Shown piece by piece: positions 1 to 12,300 of a DNA stretch of 64,000 nt. Source of the stretch: Eledone cirrhosa (Eukaryota); the NCBI GenBank assembly GCA_964016885.1, contig OZ024762.1, forward strand, positions 9,982,001 through 10,046,000, given 5' to 3'. Position numbers and translations under genes: made by a program. How positions within the stretch are numbered: position 1 is the first letter of the stretch; every line of letters begins with the position of its first letter. Under the pieces are notes generated by a model. The model did no database searches. It was not told the origin of the DNA and worked only from the letters and a program-made list of their open reading frames with translations.

Positions 1-467
1 CATTTACATTAAACATCCAATGGAGCATGGTTGCTTCATTTCTCTCCAGTCTACACATGTCCTCTCACCATATCAATTATCTGTCTATTTATTCATGTTT
101 TCAGCTGCTATCCATCTATCCACTCTGCCCTCGTTCTCTACCCATCCACCCACCTCTTGTTCTGCCCATCTGCCCCATCACCATAATATCTATTTTCAGC
201 TATCCAAACAACCACCCACCAATCCAACCATATCCCCCCTTCTCTTTCTATCCGCCTTCCAATCTCAACTGAGGGTACAAGACACCCATCCCTGTAGAGG
301 ATACCAGTCCATCACAGGGTTAAAACCCCCAGCTATTGCTGGTACTCATTTTCAACTGAGTATACTGGAGCAGTATATCTATTTTTAAATATCCAGCCAC
401 ATACCCACTCAGCTATCCACCCGCCTCTTCTCATTCTATCCATTTACCCCTATCACCATATCAATAT

Positions 468-666
468 CTATGTCTCTCTCTCTCTATATATATATATGTC
501 TCTCTCTCTCTATATATATATATATGTCTCTATATATATATATATATATATGTCTCTATATATCTATGACTATATATATATATATGTGTGTCTGTATATG
601 TATATATCTATGTCTATATATATATCTGTCTATATATCTATCTATGTTTATATATATATATATATC

Positions 667-703
<37 letters not shown>

Positions 704-768
704 GTCTATATATATGTATTGATGTATCTATGTCTCTCTATATATGTATATTTATATATATATATTTA

Positions 769-832
<64 letters not shown>

Positions 833-856
833 TATATATATATATATGTATGTATG

Positions 857-929
<73 letters not shown>

Positions 930-958
930 GTCTATATATATATATATGTATGTATGTA

Positions 959-1013
<55 letters not shown>

Positions 1014-1150
1014 ATATGATATATATATATATATCTATATGATATATATATATATATCTATATGATATATATCTATATATATATATATATATATATCTAT
1101 ATGATATATATATATCTATATGATATATATATATATGTGTGTGTGTGTCT
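468..1150. repeat. (TA)n/(TC)n compound microsatellite
   Basis: Seen directly. Confidence 0.95.
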
Positions 1151-1160
1151 CTTTTTCCAG

Positions 1161-1279
1161 ATTGAAGCAGTTCATCTGTGATGCAGTCGAACCTTACCGT
1201 ACCGAGCTCCATATCTTGCTCTTCCCAATATTTGTACATGTCTACCTTGAAATGCTCTACAATGGTCACAAAAGTCCAG
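1161..1279 (+). CDS. TAF5L: TAF5L exon (NTD2)
   Basis: ttccag|...ccag|gtcagc; LKQFICDAVEPYRTELHILLFPIFVHVYLEMLYNGHKSP. Confidence 0.88.
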
Positions 1280-2150
1280 GTCAGCGCTCTTTCCACAATC
1301 ACTATAGCCTTCCTCCAACATCTCACATCCACACACTCTCTCTCTCTCTCTCTGTCTTTCTATCTTTCTCTATCTATCTCTCAATTAACCCTGTAGCATT
1401 TACATTACTCTATATATAATAATATAATAATTGTTTCTACTTTTGGCACAAGGCCAGCAATTACACCAGTGCATTACTGGTACTTTATTTTATCGACTCC
1501 GTAAGGATGAAAGGCAAAGTTAACCTCGGTGGGATTTGAACTCGTACCAGTAATGTACTGGGTAATTGCTGGGCCTTGTGCCAAAAGTAGAAACAATTAT
1601 TATTATATTATAATAATATAATGATAATGAAAATTATTGTGTACAGTGCTCAGGTTCACTACAAGTCATCAAAGGTGCATGTATAGTATATAGAATAATG
1701 TACAAATGTCAGGAAAGTGAACAGTGTATAAGTCATGATATACACACAGATGAATGCGTACATGTGTATGGAGGGAGAATATCAGGTGTGGTGTTGGCAA
1801 ATTCCGGGAAGCATGGAAGTTTACTGTTGTATTTTCGAAGTAAACACTTTATCTCACATAATTATCTTACATAATATTGAATCTGTGAGATTTTGATATT
1901 ATTTATTTTGAGAACAATACCTTAATGTCAGTATGAACAGCTGGTTACCGCCAGTTTGAACAGAAACAGGTGAGAGAATTCTGGCCGGATATGGCTGGTT
2001 TAAATACTAAAGGGTTAAAAAAATTCTCTCACACATTTTTCACTTTCTCTCCTCTCTCTCATATTTTCACTCTTTCTCTTTCAATTAACAAACTCTCTCA
2101 CATTTTTCCCTTTCTCTCTCTCTTCCTCTCTATTAAACTCACATTTTTCA

Positions 2151-2224
<74 letters not shown>

Positions 2225-5200
2225 CCCTCTCTATCAAACTCTCTCACATCTTTTGCACACAGTTGGGAGATGATTTCACCTGAAAAGCTGCCTGTTTACC
2301 TGTAATTACCACCTTTTTACACCTCAATATGTCTGGCTTTGTTTTTGCAGCCCACAAATTCCATGCTCGTCATGTGGCTTTCTTCCGAGAAGATTCTGAA
2401 AATCAAGACATCTTGGATACTTTGGTTAAACTGAACAACCGCGAAGATGTTCTCACGTGCAAATTGGTTGCAGAGTTCAGGTGAGTTTCTTCTTCTTGCT
2501 CTTCTTGACTCATCCCTTCATTAAAGGTGAAACAAAAGGTGAGTTTCTAGACCAGCAGTCGCCAACAGGTGGTCCGGAGAAAAATATTAATGTATTTCAT
2601 CATTGTCATCACTGCTGGGTAAAGAAGTGCCAAGAAATCCCAGTAGAAGGAAGACGCAGTAGAGGAAGACCACGAAAAACATGGGCGGAGGTGGTGAGAG
2701 CAGACCTCAGATCGCTGAAACTCACGGAGGAGATGATGAAGGACCTTGACAAGTGGAGAAATGCTGTGCTGAATAGGACCTGTCCCACCCTTGCAAGCAA
2801 GGAAAAGTGGACGTAAAATGATGATGACCATCATCATCATCACTGTTTTATGTCCATTCTTCTACACTAGCATGGGTTAGGTGGGTTGTCCTGTTGTGGG
2901 CAATGCCAGATCAGGTGACCATGTCTTGCTCATACAGAACTGATTTTGGCTTGGTTTCTACACCTGGATGCCCTTACTAACACCAACCTCATTTACAGTG
3001 AGTACTGGGAGCTCTTTTACAGTGGCGCCTACATTAGTGGTCTGTGAGGTCCGAAATGTTGGCGACATTGGTTCTAGTCTGTTCTTATTGGTATTTTCTA
3101 GCAGATAACATAACAACCAAATCTTCCTCATATCTTATCTTCATATTGTCTTAATGTAAGGAAGATACACCTGAGATATTTCAGTCCTACAGCCACTCAT
3201 GTTATCCATGGGCCTTTACGAAGGGCATCCAGCTGTTGAAACCATCCTTCCAGTCCACCCCGTAAGGTGATAGTGCCAGAGTCCCGATAAAATGTTCCCA
3301 TGACACACTGTAAAGTGGTTGGTTGGCATTAGGAAGGGCATCCAGCCATAGAAACCATACTCCCAATCCACTCTGTAAGGTGATTGGTGTTAGAAAGGGC
3401 ATCCAGCCAAAGAAAATATTCTCCCAATATATGCTATAAGGTGTGTTGATGTTAGGAAAGGTATCCAGCCATAGAAACCATACTCCCAATCCACTCTGAA
3501 AGGTGATTGGTGTTAGGATGGGTATCCAGCCATAGAAACCATGCTCTCAGTCCACTCTGTAAGGTGATTGGTGTTAAAAAGGGCATCCAGCCATAGGAAA
3601 TATTCTCCCAATATATGCTATAAGGTGGTTGGTGTTAGGAAGGGTATCCAGCTGTAGAAACCATGTTCCAAGTAATTATCTTGCATGATATTGAATCTAC
3701 GAGATTTTGATATTATTTATTTTGAGAACAATACCTTATCATAAATATAAACTGCTGGTTACAGCCGGTTTGAACAAAAAGAGTTGAGAGAATTCAAGAT
3801 GGATACAGCTGGTTTAAATTCTAAAGAGTTAAGGAATTGTAGAAAATAGAAGTCTACCAATCTAAAGATACATTTCTTATCATTTCTGTCTTTGAAATCC
3901 TGAGGATTTCTTGTCTTATTTCTGATCTTGTGCCAACAACAGAAAGCGGGAGAAGATGACATCGCTCCCATCTAGTAATAATGATATAGGACTCTATCTT
4001 GTATTGTTTTTTTCCACAGAGATCACAAATACTCCCTTGCCTTTACTCAGGACACATTCGATTATTTGGTGCGGTTTTTAAAGGTAAGAAAAAACACCAA
4101 GAGATTAACCCTTTAACATTTACATTACTCTATATTTACTATTGTAAATTTTATTTACTATTATTTATTTATTAAACATATCGTATATCTAAAGATATAT
4201 ACACATATACTATATTCCTATTTCTTTCTCTAATTCCAGGCTGATGATAATATGATCATGTTACAGATATTTAACAAACATTTAAAAGTTGAAGGTAGGC
4301 AATATTTTTTTGTTGTGTTTATATGTATATATTTGTTGTTGTGTTTATATATATATTTGTTGTGTTTCATCATCATCATCATCGTTTAACGTCTATCTTC
4401 CACACTAGCATGGGTTAGATGGGAATTGTATAGGACTATCTGGCAGGTTTTCTACGGCTGGATGCCCTTCCTAACACCAACCACATTTACAGTGTGCACT
4501 GGGAGCTTTTTACTGTGTTACCTTCACAACCACTTTACAGCATGGACTGTGTTTTTGTTGTGACACCTACATGACCTCATTAGTTTGGACTGGATGTTGT
4601 TGTACCAACATAACTTTATAGAGAAAGGTGTTGGTGGGAGTGGGAGGATGGAGTAGGAGTAGTGGGCTGGGGTGTATATTTGGTTAAGAGGTGCCTACTG
4701 ACTGAAGGTTTCGCTTGTTTATATATATAAGTTCCCGTCCCACCCTTGCAAGCAGGGAAAAAGCGGACGTAAAATGAAATGATGATGAATGATGATATAT
4801 ATATTTGTTGTATGTAGAATAATGAGAAACTCGACGAAAGAAAAGTGCCAAAACAGTAAAATGTCGTCAATGACGATATTGGGTAAAATCTTACCTCAAA
4901 GGACAGGAATAAACAGCTAGAACCTACATGACCTCTTTACAGTGTGGGATGGGTGCTTTTTGTCGTGACACCTACACAACCACTTTACAGTGTGGCTGGG
5001 GGCTTTTTCTCGTGAGACCTACACAACCACTTTACAGCGTGGGCTGGGTGCTTTTTGTCGTGACACCTACACAACCACTTTACAGTGTGGGCTGGGGGCT
5101 TTTTTTTGTTGTGACACCTATATGACCACTTTACAGTGTAGGCTGGGTGCTTTTTGTTGTGACACCCTCACGACCACTTTACAGTTTGGACTGGGTGCTT

Positions 5201-8200
5201 TTTTTGTTGTGACACCTACACGACCACTTTACAGTGTGGGCTGGGTGCTTTTTGTTGTGACACCTACACGACCACTTTACAGTGTGGGCTGGGTGCTTTT
5301 TGTTGTGACACCTACACGACCACTTTACAGTGTGGACTGGATGCCCTTCCTAATGCCTATAATTCCTGTTATTTGCAGTAAAAACTGACAAATGTCCTGT
5401 GTTTGAATGTAAGACATCAAATGCTCAATCGGAGCTGAACTGCAAGTCAGGTGATGCTCATATGCCAGCAGTAGTGGACAAGACTCCAGCCACTGACCAG
5501 GTCACAACAGAGATGCTACTAGAGTGTATAAAGAGCTTACAAGCCCTACCACCGTGTCTGCCTTCTATATGTTTCCTAGCGATTGCCACAGCTCACCACA
5601 GGTAACCACTGTCTATTTATCTTACACAACCCACACACCAGGTAACAAGTAACCACTTATCATACACAGCTCAAAACTTGCCCCACCTCACCGCAGGTAA
5701 CCACTAATGATAACCACTAACGACACGCCTCACCAAAGGTAACCACTAATGACACACCTCACCACAGGTAATCACTAACGACATCCCTCACCACAGGTAA
5801 CCACTAACGACATCCCTCACCACAGGTAACCACTAACAACACACCTCACCACAGGTAACCACTAACGACATCCCTCACCAAAGGTAACCACTAACGACAC
5901 CCCTCACCTAAGGTAACCACACGTTTTCACACACACATACACACGCACGCACGCACACACAGTCTTTCTATACCACCACCCTCTCTCCAACACATACACT
6001 CTCACACACACAAACACAGCCTCTGTCTTTTTCTCTCTCTCTCACAGACACTCTCTCCCTCTCTCTCTCACCCTCACTCTCTCCCTCTCTTCTCCAGTCT
6101 CTCCTGTGCAACCGTCTCCGATGATCGGAAGTATGTGGCGGGAGGTTTTGAAGATTCCTCCATCCGACTCTGGAGCCTTGGTGGGTCCATGATAAAAACT
6201 CCATCGTCAAAGATGAACCCTTCACAGATCACTTTGTCTGCCGATTCCCTCATTTACAAGGACGAAGCTGACCTCAACAAACATTATGATGACTGGTTAG
6301 TGAGTTTTGTTTTTTGTGGGGCTTCTCCTCTCTTCCCCCTCCCCCTTCACAATGTTAATTCAAATGTTTATAGTATCTTTACTAGTGGACTGATTGTTGT
6401 GAAACTTTGCAGTATTACAGTAAAGACTTTAATTGTTAATGTCATGTAGTCATAGTACTGTTTTTTACTTTTAAAGAATGTCTTGCTAATGTGTTTTCTT
6501 GTTAGTTAATTCAAATATTTGTAGTATCTTTACCAGTGGACAGATTGTTATGAAACTTTGTAGTATTAAAGACTTTAATTGTTAATGTGATGCAGTCGTA
6601 GTGATGTTTTTGTTAATTCAAATGTTTATAGTATCTTTACCTGTGGACTGATTGTTGTGAAACTTTGTAGTATTAGAATAAAGACTATAACTGTTAATGT
6701 AATACAGTCATAGTACTGTTTTGTACTTTTCAAGAAAGTCTTACTAATGTGGTTTCATTTGGTCTCTTGTTAATTCAAATGAATGTATATAGTATCTTTA
6801 CGAGTGGACAAATTCTTAATTATTTTCAAAATAAGGAAATTATAGGCAGTCTTTTATTAGAAATATGGTAGTGAAAATGTTTAGTAAATTTAATTTTGCA
6901 TTTCTAAGAGTTTTCTTTAAAAAATTATATTTTTTAATTTTATTTAATTTAATTTTATTTTATTTTTCTATTTCGAAAGGTCAGTGGCACCAGAACAGTG
7001 TGTTGTACTTCGAGGTCACTCTGGGGCCATCTATAATATGTGTTTTCTACCAGACCCAGATCCTGTCTACTTGCTCTCCTGTTCTAAAGATACCACAGGT
7101 AATAATGGTTTTTAATTTAAGCACTAGGCCAGAGGTTCTCAAACTTTTTGAACCACCCCCTTCACGGCCACATAATAACCTCAGCACCCACCACCCCTAT
7201 TTCCTATGTGTGTGTTTGTATGGGTGTATACACAAACATTCATATACCTGTTTGATCCTATTTGCTTCTCTTTACAATACCATTTTATGATTCTACCCTG
7301 TATATTACAGTTCGTTTATGGAACCTGGAAAACTGCTGTAACACTGTTCGTTATGCTGGCCATAACTACCCTGTCTGGGACATTGATATATGGTAAGTGT
7401 TCACTGATAAGGATTTGGGTTAGAATGAGGTAGTTGGATATTCATGGTGGTGACGAAAGTGTTGTTTCCCTCAGGTCTAACCTGATTGAATAAGCCCAAA
7501 CATATATTATCATCATCATCATTTAACATCCATTTGCCACGCTAGCATGGGTTAGACAGGTTGTGTCATTAGAGGCAAATCGGGTTAGGTGACCATGTCT
7601 TACTCATATAGGACTGTTTCTGGCTGGATGCCCTTCCTAATGCCAACCACAATATATAAATATTTGCTCTAGGGTTCTTATATATTTGATATATATTTAT
7701 CCTTATTGAGCCCTCTTTGGATTTTAGTCTTTGCATTTATTATTATTACTATATATATATATTGGAAAGATCAGGGATGTAGTTATCACACATACTTATT
7801 TAACCCTTTAGCATTCACATTACTCTATATATACTATTATATTTTCACAGTAAAGGCTTTACCTCACATAATTACCTCACATAACATTTATATTACTCTA
7901 TATATACCATTGTATTTTCACAGTAAAGGCTTTACCTCACATAATATCTCACATAACATTTACATTACTCTATATATACTATTGTATTTTCACAGTAAAG
8001 GCTTTACCTCACATAATATCTCACATAACATTTACATTACTCTATATATACCATTGTATTTTCACAGTAAAGGCTTTACCTCACATAATATCTCACATAA
8101 CATTTACATTACTCTATATATACTATTGTATGTTCATGGTAAAGGTTTTACCTCACATAATATCTAAGCTATGAGATTTTGAAAGTATTTATTTTGAGAA

Positions 8201-8329
8201 CAATACCTTAACATCAGTTTGAGCAACCAGTTACAGCCAGTTTCAACAGAAAGAGGTAGAGAATTTTGGCCAGTTTTGGCCGGTTTGAACATTAAAGGGT
8301 TAAACAGTTTATTATATACCGGGAGACAA

Positions 8330-8366
<37 letters not shown>

Positions 8367-8552
8367 GAAGGAAATGTGGTAAGGAACCAGGTGGACCATA
8401 ACGCACCAAAGTACTCAATACTTAGGGTAGTAGAGTGGGTAATAGGAACGAGTAGGACCCCGACGGCTGAGCTCAAGCCGTTTCGACGGCTAATTCTGGA
8501 CAGAATTAGCCGTCAAAACGGCTTGAGTTCAGGCGTCGGGGTCCTACTCATT

Positions 8553-8603
<51 letters not shown>

Positions 8604-9307
8604 GTGGTTATAAAGAAGATCCAATTTATAACTTTGACTTCAATCAATGACTTTCTTGTTGTTTCAGTCGGGTGAGCAGTATGTTTGTAAGTGGTTCATG
8701 TGATCGCACTGCCAAGCTGTGGTCGACAGATCGAATCTTCCCCGTACGCACCTTTGCCGGACATACGTTGGATGTCAGTGTAAGTTCTGTGTATTTTCTC
8801 TTACTACTGCTTCACTACTGTTCCTCCACTGCTTCACTACTGTTTCTCCACTGCTGCTACTGTTTTACTGCTTCACCTCTACTACTACTACTACTACACC
8901 ACTACCACTGCTTCCCTACTGCTATCACTACTTCATTGCTGTTAACTATTGTTTCATCACAATTTCTACTGCTTCCCTACTGCTACACTGCTGTTAATAC
9001 TACTTCACCACTACAGATTCAGCTATGACGACTAGGTCATCAGTATATAAGAGCTCCCATAGAACTGTTATATACCTGAAGTATAACTACTACTACTGCT
9101 ACTACCACCACTACTACTACTGTTGTTGCCGCTGCTGCTGCTGCTATTACTACTACTACTACTACCACCACTACTACTACTACTACCACCACTACTACTA
9201 CTACTACTACTACCACCGCCACTACTACCACTACTACCACCGCCACGACCACTACTACCACCAACACTACTACTACTATCACTAGCACCGCCACTACTAC
9301 CACCACC

Positions 9308-9342
<35 letters not shown>

Positions 9343-12300
9343 CACCACTACTACTACTTCTACGACCACTACTACCACCACCATTATACTACCACCACCA
9401 CTACTACTACTACTGTTTGTTTATTAATTTCATTCTATTTTATTGTTTCCCATATTTCCAGAGAGTGAAGTTCCATCCCAATGGAATGTATATAGCGACA
9501 GGTTCCAGTGACAGAAGTGTCCGACTCTGGAGTATCAACGATGGCAAGTGTGTCCGACTAATGCAGGGTCATCGTGGCACCATCCTTGCCATGGCTTTTT
9601 CCCCCAATGGACAATATTTAGCGACCTCTGGTGATTATTTATTACTATTTTCTCTTCTGTGTGTGTATGTGTCTATGTATGTATGTGTGTATGTATGTGT
9701 ATGTGTATTAGAATATATGTTATTGTGTCTCTATGTGTGAGCGTGTCTGTATATATATATGTATGTGTATAATTGTGTGTCTGTGTATATGTGTGAGTGT
9801 TCCTGTATATGTGCGAGTGTGTCTGTATAGCTATGTTTCAGGAGTTTTATCCGTCATCAGTAACATTTACACACTCGGTACTGAGACAAGAATAAGCTAA
9901 AAGCTTTTATGCTTTGTTGCATATGAAACTGTCTAGAGATGCACATTTGCATACAATACAAAAGAAAACATCAGTTGGTGATGTATTTATTTTGCAAGGG
10001 TTTTGAGATGAATTTGTGTGTTAAAACAGATATTGTTATATTTGGGGAGGGTCATGTATAATATTGCCAAAAATATTGTAAAACACACTCGCTTTTTGGT
10101 TTGGTTTTCGCTTCAGTATCTTTTTATAAATAATTTAGCTGGCAATCAATGTTTATCATTGATTGACTAACAATTAAAAATATAAATATAAATATAATTT
10201 CTCAAAGTTCTTTTGTCACACATTTCTGTACATCTTCAGTGATTATTGCTGTGTTTCCTCCTGTTGTCAGCGATAAACACTGAAGATGTCACAGAAATGT
10301 GTGACAAAAGAACTTTGATAAATTATATTCATATTTTCAACTGTTGATCAATCACTGATAAACATTGATTGCCAGCTAAGTTATATACAAAAATATACTG
10401 AAGCGAAAAATAAAACCAAACTGTATTTTACTATTTTTTGGCAATATTAAGGCAACATGACCCTCCACAAATATAACAAAACATTGGTTGTTGATGCTCA
10501 TTTGCATATTATAGTGTAAAATTGACTAGCTAGGATTAATTAACAGTGGCACTAACATAGCATAGTTCATAATAGGAGTGTATTATGAACCACTCAGATG
10601 GTAGATCGATGCTACACAAGGATGCTGAGGATGACTCTGAACATTAATCAGTATATACTGAGGATGAAGAACTCAGAGCTATATGGGAGCCTCTCAAAAG
10701 TCAGCTGGAAAGTGTCACAGAGGAGACTGAGGTTAGCTGGACATACTCACCAACATTCAGAGTTGACACTGCACTCAGTGCTCCTGTGGGAGCCTCTACG
10801 CGGACACACTAGAAGAGGGAGACTGAGGTTAGCTGGACATACTCACCAACATTCAGAGTTGACACTGCACTCAGTGCTCCTGTGGGAGCCCCTACACGGA
10901 CACACTAGAAGAGGGAGACTGAGGTTAGCTGGACATACTCACCGACATCCAGAGTTGACACTGCACTTTTTGCTGTTTTTCTGGAATTTTTAATCTGTTA
11001 CCTTTTATTGTTATTCTGTTAATCTTTGCTTCTTTTCTGTTATTATTCTTTTCGGTGGATTGGCAATATCGATAGAGGATCTGACGCCATGCTTTACAGC
11101 AAAGAGTTACGGCCCTTTATGGTCTGAGTTCAAATCCCACCGAGGTTAACTTTGCCTTTCATCCTTACGGGATCGATAAAATAAAGTACCAGTAATACAC
11201 TGGGATAATTGCTGGCTTTGTGCCAAAAGTAGAAACAATTATTCTGTTGTTTTTTTTTGGTGGGGGGAAGGGTTACTTTATGTAGTTTTTTTTCTGTTTG
11301 ATCCTAATTGTTTGTCATCTGTTTATATAGGGGACGACAAGAAAATTCGAGTGTGGGATTTGAACACTGGGAATTTGTTCAAGGAATTCCGTGGTCACAT
11401 CGACACAGTCTATTCTTTAACATTCTGCCGTGATGGTTCCATGTTAGCATCAGGTGAGTCTTTGGGGGGCAAGGGGAGAATTTCAGTTTTTAGGGAACAC
11501 AAAGGAATCCTGCTTGAGGAATCTACCATAATTTCACATTAACCCTTTATTTAGCATTTAAACTGGCTGTAATCAGCCGCTCATACTTATGTTAAGGTAT
11601 TGTTCTCGAAATAAATGATATCAAAATCTCATAGATTCAATGTTACGTGAGGTAAACCCTTTACTATGAAAATATAATAGTATATCTAGAGTAATCTAAA
11701 TGTTAAAGGGTTAAGCATGTATTTCATTATATTATTTACCTTATATTCACAACATAGAGTTACAGTCGAGTTCAAATCCCACTAAGATAGCTTTGCTCTT
11801 CATCCATACAAGATTGATAAAATAAAGTACCAGTAATGCACTGTGGGTCAGTTTAATTGACTTTCCCTAGGACCCGTCCCACCCTTGCAAGCAGGAAAAA
11901 GCGGACTTAAAATGATGATGATGATGGAATAACGTGATGCGCATGTAGAAGGAAGACTCAGTAGAGGAAGACCACAATAACATGGGCAGAGGTGGTGAGC
12001 GCTGACCTCAGATCGCTGAAGCTCATGGAGGAGATGACAAAGGACTGTGACAAGTGGAGAGATGCTGTGCTGAATAGGACCCGTCCCACCCTTGCAAGCA
12101 GAGAAAGGCGGACGTAAAATGATGATGATGAAGGAAGAGCAGGCTGTTTTTATCTGTCTGGTGTCCATTGCGAAAGAGGTCGTATGGTGAACGCATCTGA
12201 AAGGGCTGAAGAGGGCACTTTCCTTTTCGGTGACCCCCTGATTAACTTCTTCAGGTTTCACTTGAAGAGGAAAATCAGGGTGGTGAAGGAATTGCTGCCT

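Noticed and set aside
9025-9461. Poly-Y/H, poly-V and poly-L/P ORFs
   Set aside because: Trinucleotide microsatellite within a TAF5L intron.
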